A stretch of DNA of 64,000 bases. Origin: Candidatus Chisholmbacteria bacterium RIFCSPHIGHO2_01_FULL_52_32. Lineage in GTDB: Bacteria > Patescibacteriota > Microgenomatia > UBA1400 > Chisholmbacteraceae. The DNA lies in assembly GCA_001816585.1 (NCBI GenBank), contig MHCJ01000003.1, positions 156,228-220,227 on the forward strand, in the 5' to 3' direction. The notes below the pieces were generated by a model, which had not been told where the DNA came from, searched no databases, and saw only the letters and a list, made by a program, of their open reading frames with translations. The position numbers and the translations under genes are program-made. Shown here one piece after another: positions 9,233-18,447 of the stretch; position 1 is the stretch's first letter, and each line of letters starts with the position of its first letter.

Positions 9233-9652
9233 ATGCCGGATACAGAAAGATACCGTATGGCACTTTCGGTTTCGATCATTGCCGATTCCAAATTTCCCGT
9301 GGATCGCAAGCGTCTCCGCGCCGTTCTGGCTTCGGCAGGGGGAACGCTCGGGATTCCGGGAGAGGCAAATGTGTCGGTTGCAGTGGTCGGGACTCGCAAA
9401 ATGGCACAGCTTCATGAGCGGTATCTTAAGAAAGAGGGGCCGACCGATGTCCTGGCTTTTCCTCAGCAGGATTCGTTGGGCGGTCAATTCGGCTTTGTCA
9501 GCCCACACGACTTCCCTTTGGAGCTCGGTGACATTGTTGTCTGTTATCCCCTCGCGCTTTTGCAAGCCGCAGAACAGGGAGTGTTTGTTGACGATCGGAT
9601 CGAGGCGCTGGCTTTGCACGGACTGGGGAACTTACTGGGGGAGGATGAATGA
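9233..9652 (+). CDS. ybeY: YbeY-like rRNA maturation endoribonuclease, degenerate metal site
   Basis: 139 aa. The TDVLAFP motif is conserved, but the H-x3-H-x5-H zinc motif is replaced by LALHGLGNLLGEDE, retaining only one His. The ORF ends inside the dnaX start overlap. Confidence 0.6.
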   Translation: MPDTERYRMALSVSIIADSKFPVDRKRLRAVLASAGGTLGIPGEANVSVAVVGTRKMAQLHERYLKKEGPTDVLAFPQQDSLGGQFGFVSPHDFPLELGDIVVCYPLALLQAAEQGVFVDDRIEALALHGLGNLLGEDE

Positions 9653-11196
9653 CGTTTTATCTGAAGTACAGACCACAAACGGCCGCGGGGCTTGACCTTC
9701 ATTCCGTCCGTCAGGAGTTTGAGGCCATTTTGGCTTCTGGGCGATTTGCCCATGCCTATCTGTTTGCCGGTCCACGGGGAACGGGAAAAACTTCGGCAGC
9801 AAGGATTTTGGCAAAAATTGTCAACTGCAAGCGTAACGAAAAAGCCTCAGATAGTGGAAAGAGGCTTTCGGAACCTTGCAACGTTTGCGTCTCCTGCCGG
9901 GAAATCACGCAAGGGAATGCTTTGGATCTTTTCGAGATTGATGCGGCTTCGAACCGCGGGATTGATGACATTCGGGAGCTTCGGGAGCGGATTAAACTTG
10001 CCCCGGCCCGAAGTCGGTTTAAGGTCTATATTATTGATGAGGTGCATATGCTCACACAGGAGGCCTTCAACGCGCTCTTAAAAACGTTGGAGGAGCCTCC
10101 ACTGCATGCCCTGTTTATCCTTTGCACCACGGAACCGGAGAAGCTTCCTGCTACCGTTTCTTCCCGCTGTACACGGATTACATTTCCTAAGGCATCCGTT
10201 TCGGAGGTGGTTACCAGCCTGACGAAAGGGGTGCGGAGTGAGGGGCTTTCGGTTGCGCCTGAGGTCTTGCAGGCATTGGCGAAGAATGTGGACGGGAGCT
10301 TTCGGGACGGCATGAAGTATTTAGAGCAACTGTCTCTCCGCGCAACCGGACGGCGGAAACGGATCTCTCTTGAGGATGTGCAGCGGGTCGTGGGGGGCGG
10401 CAGACAGGTTTCCGTCCGTCGCTTACTGACGGCCCTGTCGGAGCACAATACCGATCAGGCATTCGGGGAACTGGCTCGGGTAACCGAGGAAGAGGTGAGT
10501 TTGGAAAATTATGCGCGGGAAATCCTCGAAATGTTGCGATTGTTACTGCTTTCGGAGCTTGGGGTGGTGAAGACGGAGCCCATCAAGGGACTGGATCTGG
10601 CTTCTGTCCGGCTACTGATTACGCTTTTTGCTCGCGCGGCCGTCTCCCTGCGTTCGGCCGTGGTGCCCCAATTACCCCTGGAGCTGGCGGTGGCTGAGTG
10701 GCTCGGGTCTTCAAGCGGTAAACAGACATCCGAGCCCGCGGTTGCAGTGGGTATCAAGGCAAGCGCTTCGCCGGCGGATCCCCAAAAGCAGAGGGACAAC
10801 GCCGGCGGAAAAGTACCCGGGAAACCGAGCTCGGTAACTTTCAAAACGGTCGTTGAACGGTGGACGAAGGTATTGGACACCCTGCGGCCGCAGAACCACA
10901 GTTTGGAAGCACTGCTTAAGGCGGCTAAGCCCTTGGAACTTGAAGGCGATAGCCTCGTGGTCGAAGTAGCTTACCCTTTTCATAAGCAGCAGCTTGAACT
11001 CGGGCGCTACAAAACGATGGTTGAGGCCGCAATGGCGGAGGTTTTTTCGACTCCGCTTATTTTGCGGTATGTGTTGCGCAAGGCGACGCCTGCAATTTCC
11101 CCTGCCATGCGCAAGCACGAGAACATCAGCGGCGCGGTTGAGGATGAGGAAATCGTGCGCGTGGCGGAGGAGATTTTTGGAGGAAAAGAGACCTAA
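9649..11196 (+). CDS. dnaX: DNA polymerase III subunit gamma/tau
   Basis: 515 aa. Walker A is GPRGTGKTS, the zinc module is CNVCVSCREI, and DEVHML is present. It is followed by ybaB-recR as in the conserved operon. Confidence 0.95.
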   Translation: MTFYLKYRPQTAAGLDLHSVRQEFEAILASGRFAHAYLFAGPRGTGKTSAARILAKIVNCKRNEKASDSGKRLSEPCNVCVSCREITQGNALDLFEIDAASNRGIDDIRELRERIKLAPARSRFKVYIIDEVHMLTQEAFNALLKTLEEPPLHALFILCTTEPEKLPATVSSRCTRITFPKASVSEVVTSLTKGVRSEGLSVAPEVLQALAKNVDGSFRDGMKYLEQLSLRATGRRKRISLEDVQRVVGGGRQVSVRRLLTALSEHNTDQAFGELARVTEEEVSLENYAREILEMLRLLLLSELGVVKTEPIKGLDLASVRLLITLFARAAVSLRSAVVPQLPLELAVAEWLGSSSGKQTSEPAVAVGIKASASPADPQKQRDNAGGKVPGKPSSVTFKTVVERWTKVLDTLRPQNHSLEALLKAAKPLELEGDSLVVEVAYPFHKQQLELGRYKTMVEAAMAEVFSTPLILRYVLRKATPAISPAMRKHENISGAVEDEEIVRVAEEIFGGKET

Positions 11197-11289
11197 AATT
11201 CAAAATCAAAATGCACAATACAAATTGTTGAATTTGGAATTTCAATTTGAAACTTTTCATTTAAAATATTATCTTGTAAAAGGAGGAAG

Positions 11290-11574
11290 ATGTTTGACAA
11301 ACTCAAACAGCTCGGGGATTTGAAGAAGATGCGCGATCAAGCCCTGGCGATCCAACGGCTGCTGGCTCAGGAGGAGATAACGCTTGAGGAGGGTGATGTG
11401 CGGGTGGTGATCAGCGGTGATCAACGGATCAAGGAATTTGCCGTCAAGGGCTATTCAAGCGAAGCGGCGATTTCGATCCTCAATAAGGCGATTAAAAAAT
11501 CTCAGGAATTGGCGGCGAAGAAGCTCCAAGAGATGCCCGGAGGACTTGGGGGACTCATGGGAGGAGGGAGTTAG
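11290..11574 (+). CDS. ybaB: Nucleoid-associated protein YbaB/EbfC
   Basis: 94 aa with the typical MFDKLKQLGDLKKMRDQA start and a Gly-rich tail. It lies between dnaX and recR. Confidence 0.9.
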   Translation: MFDKLKQLGDLKKMRDQALAIQRLLAQEEITLEEGDVRVVISGDQRIKEFAVKGYSSEAAISILNKAIKKSQELAAKKLQEMPGGLGGLMGGGS

Positions 11575-11690
11575 TAGAGAGCAAATGGCGTATGGCAGAT
11601 GGCGTATAGCGAATAGCGAAGAGGATAGAGAAAATTTCTAATTCCTAATTCCTAAACCCTAATAAGCTAATAAGCTACAAGCTACTTTCC
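11575..11690. repeat. Heptamer repeat block (NGCNRAT then CTAATNC/AAGCTAN families)
   Basis: Direct reading gives agcaaat ggcgtat ggcagat ggcgtat agcgaat ... ctaattc ctaattc ctaaacc ctaataa gctaata agctaca agctac. Confidence 0.85.
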
Positions 11691-11742
11691 TCCTAGACCG
11701 GCGTGCAGCGGCTCTTCAACTGCGTGATATAATGAATGTTCA

Positions 11743-12363
11743 ATGAGAATTCCCAAAGCAGTCGAAAAGCTCGTTGCAGCTTTCGAGCGGCTTCCGGGGA
11801 TCGGCCCAAAAACCGCGCAACGGTTGACGTTTTATCTTCTCCACGTTCCACAGACTGAACTTGATCGCTTTGCGGAAGCGGTGAAGGATCTTCAGGCAAA
11901 GACGAAGGTTTGTTCGCTTTGCTTTAACGTAGGTGAGGCGGATCCCTGCGAGATTTGCTCTGATTACTCTCGAGATAAAAGCACGATTCTCGTGGTTGAA
12001 GAACCTCTGGATGTCCTGGCGATTGAACGGAGTGATGGCTATCACGGTCTTTACCATGTCTTACATGGTAGAATAGAGCCCCTCCGAAATATCGGGCCTG
12101 AGGAACTTCATCTTCATGACTTGCTTCCTCGAGTCAAAGATGGTAGCATCAGTGAACTTATTTTGGCGACCAACCCGACGATGGAGGGTGAGGCGACGGC
12201 GATGTACATTGCGAAATTAATTCGGGAGGACAAAGTGCAAAGCGCAAAGGGTAAAGCGTTACAAATCACCAGAATCGGGAGGGGGTTGCCCGTCGGAGGG
12301 GATCTTGAGTATGCGGATGATGTGACTCTGGCGCGGGCGCTCGAAGGGAGGAAGGAGTTTTAA
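11743..12363 (+). CDS. recR: Recombination protein RecR
   Basis: 206 aa. The HhH motif is LPGIGPKTAQRL, the C4 zinc finger is CSLCFNVGEADPCEIC, and a Toprim region follows. Confidence 0.95.
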   Translation: MRIPKAVEKLVAAFERLPGIGPKTAQRLTFYLLHVPQTELDRFAEAVKDLQAKTKVCSLCFNVGEADPCEICSDYSRDKSTILVVEEPLDVLAIERSDGYHGLYHVLHGRIEPLRNIGPEELHLHDLLPRVKDGSISELILATNPTMEGEATAMYIAKLIREDKVQSAKGKALQITRIGRGLPVGGDLEYADDVTLARALEGRKEF

Positions 12364-13208
12364 TGGCGGTAGGTAGGGTCGAGGCACCAAACCATCCAGA
12401 TCAGGCAAATGGTGGGCTCACGCGGCGGTATGAGCGAGCGACTGCGCTTGCCTTTGTACCATCAGAGTCTGAAATTGCTTCAATTTACGATCGGATAGCT
12501 GAAGAGTTTTTTCACCATCGTCATGATACGACTACCGATTTTGACATCGTTGGTTGGCCCTGGATGCGGACGATCCTCAATGGGAGGGTGAACGGAAAAG
12601 ATGTTCTCGATGTGGCATGCGGAACCGGGGTAGTTTCTCATAAACTTTTCCATGACTTTGAACCGGAGAGCGTTCAAGGGGTCGACATTAGCGGAGAAAT
12701 GATTCGGATTTCCAGGAGGGAAATTCGAGATAAGCGGGCGCGATTCTCTTTACAGTCTGCATCGCAGATGGATTTTCCCGATGATTCCTTTGATTTGGCG
12801 ATATCTACATACGGAATGGATTATATTCCGGACTTGTCTTCGGCTCTTCGCGAGATCAGGCGCGTCCTTCGGCCCGGTGGTTCGTTTGTTTTTCTTGTTC
12901 CTCACCCAAATCGGAATCAGCTTTACTACGAGGGTGGGGGTGGGGAAGGACCTTTTTCAGAGGGTTGGTATGTAGAGACATGGCCAGGTGCCGGCGGTGT
13001 AGAAATCCCTAAGCACTATCTGAAGTTAGGTACTTGGATAAGAGAACTTGATCTTTCCGGATTTAACTTCAAGAGGATGCATGAGCCTCACCCCCTACAA
13101 CCTGCGATGGAAGCGGCTCCAGAAATCTATCAGAGATATATGCGGGGCCCACGGACCGTCATCTTTGATGCGGTGACTGAAGGGGCAAGAGCAACCGCTT
13201 TATCGTGA
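12363..13208 (+). CDS. Class I SAM-dependent methyltransferase
   Basis: 281 aa. Motif I is VLDVACGTGVVS, and the post-I acidic residue is in VQGVDISGEM. The start codon overlaps the recR stop by 1 nt. Confidence 0.8.
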   Translation: MAVGRVEAPNHPDQANGGLTRRYERATALAFVPSESEIASIYDRIAEEFFHHRHDTTTDFDIVGWPWMRTILNGRVNGKDVLDVACGTGVVSHKLFHDFEPESVQGVDISGEMIRISRREIRDKRARFSLQSASQMDFPDDSFDLAISTYGMDYIPDLSSALREIRRVLRPGGSFVFLVPHPNRNQLYYEGGGGEGPFSEGWYVETWPGAGGVEIPKHYLKLGTWIRELDLSGFNFKRMHEPHPLQPAMEAAPEIYQRYMRGPRTVIFDAVTEGARATALS

Positions 13209-13774
13209 TGAAAGTCTATTTCGTCGCCTCTATTCGGGGGAAATCTCAGTTTCTCGAAAACTATAAGAGTATTGTGGGAGCCTTGCGGGCTGGTGGACTC
13301 GAAGTCATCGAGAATATCCTAAAGCCTACCGAGAAAGAGGTCTATGCACTCACCGACGGTGGGAAGATTGAATATTATAAGAGGGTGCTGAAATGGATCA
13401 GTCAGGCAGATATTGTCGTTGCGGAAGCTTCATTTTCCTCCCTCGGGGTAGGATACGAAATATCGCTCGCGCTTGAAAAGAATAAGCCGGTTATTGTCCT
13501 CTATGAAGAAGGTCAAGCCCCGCATTTTCTTGGGGGAATACAATCCGACCGGTTATCGCTCGTAAAGTATACCTTGGTCAAACTTCCGTCGATTCTCAAA
13601 CAGGCATTTGAACATTCGTCTGCCCAAATGGAGACCCGCTTCAATTTCTTTGTCCCTCGACGGCTGGTCGTTTATCTTGACTGGATATCAAAGAATAAGC
13701 GGATTCCTCGGGCCGTTTACCTTCGTCAACTTATCAGGCGCGAGATGCAGCGAAACAGGGATTTCCAATCATGA
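13205..13774 (+). CDS. DNPH1/Rcl-like 2'-deoxynucleoside 5'-phosphate N-hydrolase domain fused to a C-terminal ribbon-helix-helix domain (paralog A)
   Basis: 189 aa. The N-terminus VYFVASIRG...ISQADIVVAEASFSSLGVGYEISLALEKNKPVIVLY closely matches the nucleoside 2-deoxyribosyltransferase/DNPH1 fold (LYFCGSIRG...ADVVVAEVTQPSLGVGYELG), including the catalytic Glu. The C-terminus TRFNFFVPRRLVVYLDWISKNKRIPRAVYLRQLIRRE has the beta-alpha-alpha pattern of an RHH/CopG domain. Confidence 0.7.
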   Translation: MMKVYFVASIRGKSQFLENYKSIVGALRAGGLEVIENILKPTEKEVYALTDGGKIEYYKRVLKWISQADIVVAEASFSSLGVGYEISLALEKNKPVIVLYEEGQAPHFLGGIQSDRLSLVKYTLVKLPSILKQAFEHSSAQMETRFNFFVPRRLVVYLDWISKNKRIPRAVYLRQLIRREMQRNRDFQS

Positions 13775-14361
13775 AGATTTATTTTACCGCCGCCATTACC
13801 GACGTCCCGGCCCCTCAACAGGATAACTACCTAAAGATTGTCGGAGAACTCAAGATCCTGGGTCATCAGGTGGTAGCTGATCATATTTTGGGAAAGACGG
13901 CTCAGTCGCTTGCATCTCAGTCTGAAGCAGATGCGTTAAGGATATACAGAAAACTCATCGTGTGGAAAAACCAGGCAGACCTCGTTGTGGCTGAAACTTC
14001 GTACCCCAGCTTTGGAGTGGGGCAGGAGATCTCGTATGCCTTGATGCATGAGAAACCGGTGATTGCGCTCTACCTTCCGGAGCGGAAGCCACATTTACTG
14101 ACTGCTATTGGCCAGGAGTATCTCCACATCGTTGAGTACGCTCCCGAAACTCTGAAGCGGACGCTTTCCGATTATATCGACTTTGCCAAAGGGGTTGCCG
14201 ATACCCGGTTCAACTTTTTTATTTCCCCAGACCTCGGGAGTTTCTTGGATTGGATTTCAAAGAAGCGCAAACTCCCCAGGGCAGTTTTCCTGCGCCAGTT
14301 GATTGAAGAAGACTTGCGAAAGAACAAGCAGTATCTTCGGGAAACGAAAGGAAGTAAATAA
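13771..14361 (+). CDS. DNPH1/Rcl-like N-glycosidase domain fused to a C-terminal ribbon-helix-helix domain (paralog B)
   Basis: 196 aa with the same architecture as paralog A: KIYFTAAI...NQADLVVAETSYPSFGVGQEISYALMHEKPVIALY plus TRFNFFISPDLGSFLDWISKKRKLPRAVFLRQLIEED. The start overlaps the paralog A stop by 4 nt. Confidence 0.7.
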   Translation: MKIYFTAAITDVPAPQQDNYLKIVGELKILGHQVVADHILGKTAQSLASQSEADALRIYRKLIVWKNQADLVVAETSYPSFGVGQEISYALMHEKPVIALYLPERKPHLLTAIGQEYLHIVEYAPETLKRTLSDYIDFAKGVADTRFNFFISPDLGSFLDWISKKRKLPRAVFLRQLIEEDLRKNKQYLRETKGSK

Positions 14362-14365
14362 TGAC

Positions 14366-14390
14366 AACCGCCTTTGCAGGGCGGTTTTTT
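14366..14390 (+). terminator. Rho-independent terminator candidate
   Basis: aaccgcc-tttgcag-ggcggtt hairpin followed by a T6 run, immediately after the paralog B stop codon. Confidence 0.65.
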
Positions 14391-14511
14391 GCATTTGAAT
14401 CCTTTTTCTTCGACCGGACAACTGAGAAGAAGTGTTTGAGCATCACTGTGAATGAGCACAATAGATGGGGATCCTTCTTCTTTTATCCCTTGATTTGATA
14501 TACTGATTGTC

Positions 14512-15009
14512 ATGGTCAGGCAGATTCTGGGAGAAATCTCGGAGCAGCTCGCGGAGCAGGCGAAGCACACCGCGAAAACCGCAAAACAGGCACCGGTGGT
14601 GATCTTCCAGCGGACGGTCGGAGTGAAGACCGCTGAGGAGAAGAAAGCTTCTAAGGACCAAAGCCAGGAGGCGGTTGAGAAACTGGCTTCCGGCACAGCC
14701 GGTCAGCAACAGCAGGCAGTTTCCCCGGTTGATATCCGACGGCAGCAGATCGAAGCGGAAAAGGAGGCTCATCTGAAGAAAATGCGAAAGATTTTACATA
14801 GACGGTTATTCTCGGAGGCGCAGAAAGTGCGACAACGAAAATCCGAGGAAGAACGTTTGCTTAAAATGGAAGAAGAGAAGAGAAAAAAGGAGAAAGAAAA
14901 GAAGGTTATGGGTGAGCTTGAACAGAAAAAGAAGGAAGAAGCGCTGGCGGTAAAGATGCTCAAACGGGCGAAGGGGGCTGGGGAGTTCGGGCCAAAAAAG
15001 GTGCAATAA
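14512..15009 (+). CDS. Hypothetical K/E-rich coiled-coil protein
   Basis: 165 aa and low-complexity, with charged repeats such as EEEKRKKEKEKKVMGELEQKKKEE. Confidence 0.5.
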   Translation: MVRQILGEISEQLAEQAKHTAKTAKQAPVVIFQRTVGVKTAEEKKASKDQSQEAVEKLASGTAGQQQQAVSPVDIRRQQIEAEKEAHLKKMRKILHRRLFSEAQKVRQRKSEEERLLKMEEEKRKKEKEKKVMGELEQKKKEEALAVKMLKRAKGAGEFGPKKVQ

Positions 15010-15084
15010 GATAGTTAAAAGTTACAATTCAAAGTTTAAAGTTCTGAGAACAATATTATTACTCATAGTTAACACTTTTATACC

Positions 15085-15843
15085 GTGAACAAGATAGATA
15101 TTGGTCGCGTAAAAGGGAAAAAGATACTCGCGATCGGAGCGCATCCCGATGATGTGGACTTTTCTTGCGGTGGGACGCTTCTTTTACTTTCAAAGCAAAA
15201 CCGCATTGTTCTCGCTTGTGTCACGAGCGGGCAAATGGGTACTCACGATGAGGATTCCGATAAAACGGATTTGATGACTGTCCGGGAGAGGGAACAGCGG
15301 GAGGCGGGCGCGAGGTACAAAGCTTCACAAGTCTTATTTCTTCAATTCCCGGACTTTTTCGTGTCGGAACAGCCGAAACGATTGAGGAAGAGGCTTATCA
15401 AGCTTCTGGTTCGAGTGCGGCCCGACATTGTCATTACCCATGATCCGTGGTCGGAGTACTTTCCCTACCATCCGGACCATCGGGTGGTGGGATTTGCCGT
15501 GTATGATGCACTTTTGGCTTCGACGCTTCCGCTTTACCTTCAGAAGAAGAGCGTGGCAGGGGTAGCGCTTTCGCCTCGGCCAGAGCTATGGCTGATGCAT
15601 CCGCATGAACCTTCGCATGCGGTCGACATCACTTCGGTTTACCCGAAGAAAATTGCGGCCATCAAACTACACAAAAGCCAATTTGACGGTGTTTTTGTCT
15701 GGGAGAAAGTGGAGAAGAGGCTTGTAAAGATCTTTTCCGGGGTAGGAAAGGAAATTGGGGCAAGGCAAGCCGAGGCGTTTCGGATTATTTCCCCTGAGGG
15801 GGATGCCGTTTTTTCGACAGAAAGGAAAAGCAAGAGAGCCTGA
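15085..15843 (+). CDS. PIG-L/LmbE-family N-acetylglucosaminyl deacetylase
   Basis: 252 aa with the ILAIGAHPDDVDFSCGG motif and the downstream HPDH motif characteristic of LmbE-like zinc deacetylases. Confidence 0.8.
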   Translation: MNKIDIGRVKGKKILAIGAHPDDVDFSCGGTLLLLSKQNRIVLACVTSGQMGTHDEDSDKTDLMTVREREQREAGARYKASQVLFLQFPDFFVSEQPKRLRKRLIKLLVRVRPDIVITHDPWSEYFPYHPDHRVVGFAVYDALLASTLPLYLQKKSVAGVALSPRPELWLMHPHEPSHAVDITSVYPKKIAAIKLHKSQFDGVFVWEKVEKRLVKIFSGVGKEIGARQAEAFRIISPEGDAVFSTERKSKRA

Positions 15844-15884
15844 TTTCAGTATGGACGAAACTTTTTTGTCCAACCAACCTGTTT

Positions 15885-15916
15885 GACCATTTCTTTGTTT
15901 GTCCAAAGAAATGGTC
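15885..15916 (+). promoter_or_regulatory. Perfect 13-bp stem hairpin (gaccatttctttg / caaagaaatggtc) in the 320-bp cysS leader
   Basis: Read directly from the sequence. The core ttctttg...caaagaa is shared with the hairpin at 34174-34206. Confidence 0.5.
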
Positions 15917-16163
15917 GAAAGAAAGGACGCCCTTGAACGGTCTTTCGAGAACGCGTTTCACTCACATTGTACGATCAAACTCCTCTCCGCCAGCTGGCGG
16001 ATCGTCGAACCCCACATCATTCACTCGACTTGTCGAAGACTGCTTATCCAGCCGTTTCGGCACTCGGGTTCATGAGCGGGGCAGGCAGTGATCGCTTTTC
16101 AGAAGAGTTCGCTCAACTCGTTCTCGACTAGCTGCGTTCAAAGGGAGATAAAATAGAGGGACG

Positions 16164-17594
16164 ATGAGAATCTATAACACCCTATCCAGGAAGATTGAGG
16201 AGTTCGCGCCCATCAATCCTCCCGCGGTCGGGATGTATACCTGCGGGATGACGGTCTACGATTTTGCTCATATCGGACACGGTCGCAAGTACGTCGGTGA
16301 CGATATCCTGCGGCGGACCCTGGCGTATTTGGGATACACGGTGACCCATGTTCAGAATGTGACTGATGTCGGGCATCTCTCTTCCGACGCGGATTCCGGC
16401 GAGGACAAACTGGAAAAGGGAGCGAAGAAGACGGGGAAGAACGTTTGGGAAGTGGCCGAGGAATTCACCACCCATTTTTATAAGTCTATGGATGCCCTGA
16501 ATGTTTTGCGGCCGGATATCATTTGCAAAGCGACTGATCACATCAAGGAACAGGTTGATTTGGTTGGGCGACTGGTTGCAAAAGGTTTTGCCTATGATAC
16601 ATCCGAGGCAGTGTACTTTGATATTTTAAAGTTTCCCTCTTATGCTCGATTATTCGGTCAGAAACTAGAAGAAAAGAAGACCGCAGCACGAAGTGAGGTA
16701 AAAACAGGAGTTCATAAAAAACACCCGGCGGATTTTGCGCTGTGGTTTAAGCGGGTCGGTCGGTTTGCCGATCACTCCATGCATTGGGAGAGCCCCTGGG
16801 GAGATGGATTCCCGGGATGGCATATCGAGTGTTCGGCAATGAGCATGAAATATCTTGGCGATTCGTTTGATATTCATACGGGCGGCACTGACCATATCTC
16901 CATTCACCACCCCAACGAGATTGCACAGAGCGAGGCGGCAACGGGAAAGCCCTTCGTGCGGTACTGGGTGCACCATGCGTTCCTCATCGTGGATGGGAAA
17001 AAAATGAGCAAGAGCTTGGGGAATATCTACACGATCACGGATGTCAAAGCAAAGGGGTTTGATCCGTTGGCTCTGCGGTATTTGTATTTGACGACCCACT
17101 ACCGGAAACTGTTGAACTTTACTTGGGAGGGGCTTGAAGCTGCGGCCAAAGGTTTGGAGCGGTTGCGGGAAGTGATGGCGCAGTTTCGCGAGGCACGGGA
17201 GCGGACGATGCTGTCAGCAGATAAGTTAGCAAAGGTGGACCTGCTGCGGAAGAAATTTACTGAGGCGATTTCCGATGATCTTTCGATGCCCGAAGCTTTG
17301 AGCGTGGTTTGGGAAGTAGTCAAGACCAACATTCCGGGGTACGATAAGTATGACCTACTTTTGGATTTAGACCAGGTGTTAGGACTCAATTTAGCGTCTA
17401 GCGTTCAGCATTCAGCGTCTAGCGTAGTGATTCCAGAAGATGTTGTAAACTTGGTTAATAGAAGGGAAGAGTTGAGAAGGGTGAAGAAGTTCGCGCAAGC
17501 GGACGAAGTGCGCAAAGCAATCGAGAAGAAGGGATTCGCGGTGGAGGATCGGCCGGAGGGGGCGAGAATAAAACAATTAAAAATTACATTTTAG
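16164..17594 (+). CDS. cysS: Cysteinyl-tRNA synthetase
   Basis: 476 aa with the class I HIGH-like [15 protein letters not shown] and KMSKSLGN motifs. A heptamer repeat is embedded near the C-terminus at 17392-17426. Confidence 0.95.
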   Translation: MRIYNTLSRKIEEFAPINPPAVGMYTCGMTVYDFAHIGHGRKYVGDDILRRTLAYLGYTVTHVQNVTDVGHLSSDADSGEDKLEKGAKKTGKNVWEVAEEFTTHFYKSMDALNVLRPDIICKATDHIKEQVDLVGRLVAKGFAYDTSEAVYFDILKFPSYARLFGQKLEEKKTAARSEVKTGVHKKHPADFALWFKRVGRFADHSMHWESPWGDGFPGWHIECSAMSMKYLGDSFDIHTGGTDHISIHHPNEIAQSEAATGKPFVRYWVHHAFLIVDGKKMSKSLGNIYTITDVKAKGFDPLALRYLYLTTHYRKLLNFTWEGLEAAAKGLERLREVMAQFREARERTMLSADKLAKVDLLRKKFTEAISDDLSMPEALSVVWEVVKTNIPGYDKYDLLLDLDQVLGLNLASSVQHSASSVVIPEDVVNLVNRREELRRVKKFAQADEVRKAIEKKGFAVEDRPEGARIKQLKITF

Positions 17595-17697
17595 GCGTGA
17601 CTTTGTGATCTACAGCAACTTTATCTCACCTTGAAAGGTCTAACCTTGCAAGGTGGATAGAATTTACTAAACCCTATACCCTATACCCTGAGTCTTT

Positions 17698-18363
17698 ATG
17701 CCTGAACAGAAACAAGATTGGTGGAAGGTCGTCAGTTTGCTTTTAATTCTGGTGACTCTCGCTAATGTATTGGTTTTGGATTACGTGGTGGGGAAGGGAA
17801 AGGATACTTCGGGAACGACTGCGCCGCTTGGAGGGTTGGAGGAGAGGATCGCCTCGCTTGTGACGAGACAACAAGCGCTGGAATCGGCAGTAACCGATAT
17901 TGCAACATTTTCCGCTTTGCCTGTGGCATTACCAACCACGGCACCTTCCGTCGTTGAGAAGACCGTGGTTGAGCGGGTGGTTACACAAGCGCCGAGTTCG
18001 ACGGTGAAGGAGTTCTATATTCCTCTTGGGCAGGCGGCGGCACAAACAGAGAATTTTTCCTGGGTCGATACGGGTGCGGAGGCAACGTTTGATATCGCAA
18101 ATTACGGCAGTGTCAAGGAAGTGAACTTTGAGGCAACCCTTTCTTCCCCGGAGGGACAGGTGGAGGTGAGGCTGTATAACGTTTCTGATAAAAACGCGAT
18201 TTATGGGAGTACGATCGTGGGAGATGCTCAGGATCCGAAGCTCTATCGGTCTTCAAACTTGGTATTACCAGGGGGGCAAAAGACCTACAGAGTTCAGATG
18301 CGCACATCGGTGAAGGTTCTCGCGACGATGCACTCGGGCAGAATACGCATACTCCTCAAGTGA
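17698..18363 (+). CDS. Hypothetical membrane-anchored or secreted protein
   Basis: 221 aa with an N-terminal TM/signal-anchor (WWKVVSLLLILVTLANVLVL) and a Ser/Thr/Val-rich extracytoplasmic region. Confidence 0.55.
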   Translation: MPEQKQDWWKVVSLLLILVTLANVLVLDYVVGKGKDTSGTTAPLGGLEERIASLVTRQQALESAVTDIATFSALPVALPTTAPSVVEKTVVERVVTQAPSSTVKEFYIPLGQAAAQTENFSWVDTGAEATFDIANYGSVKEVNFEATLSSPEGQVEVRLYNVSDKNAIYGSTIVGDAQDPKLYRSSNLVLPGGQKTYRVQMRTSVKVLATMHSGRIRILLK

Positions 18364-18396
18364 TGTACAGGTCGCACCTGTACATCGGGGTTTTTC
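18364..18396 (+). terminator. Intrinsic terminator candidate (9-bp perfect stem tgtacaggt / acctgtaca, then a T-run)
   Basis: The hairpin lies 1 nt after the stop at 18363 and is followed by tcggggtttttctc. Confidence 0.6.
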
Positions 18397-18447
18397 TCGA
18401 AGCTTGTTTCTTGTGAGAGAGGCCGTTTCTCTCTATAATGCCGAATC

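Noticed and set aside
9279-9695. 138-aa plus-strand ORF overlapping the ybeY-like gene and the dnaX start in another frame
   Set aside because: It lies entirely within two better-supported genes and its composition is Trp/Arg/Ser-rich and not protein-like.
14172-14696. 174-aa minus-strand ORF spanning the paralog-B 3' end, the terminator and the start of the K/E-rich gene
   Set aside because: It overlaps a clear Rho-independent terminator and two plus-strand genes, and its composition is Cys/Ser-rich and not protein-like.
15844-16163. T-box riboswitch in the long cysS leader
   Set aside because: No AANNNGGGTGGNACCGCG T-box sequence or specifier-loop architecture was found, only the 13-bp hairpin and a CCGCCAGCTGGCGG palindrome.
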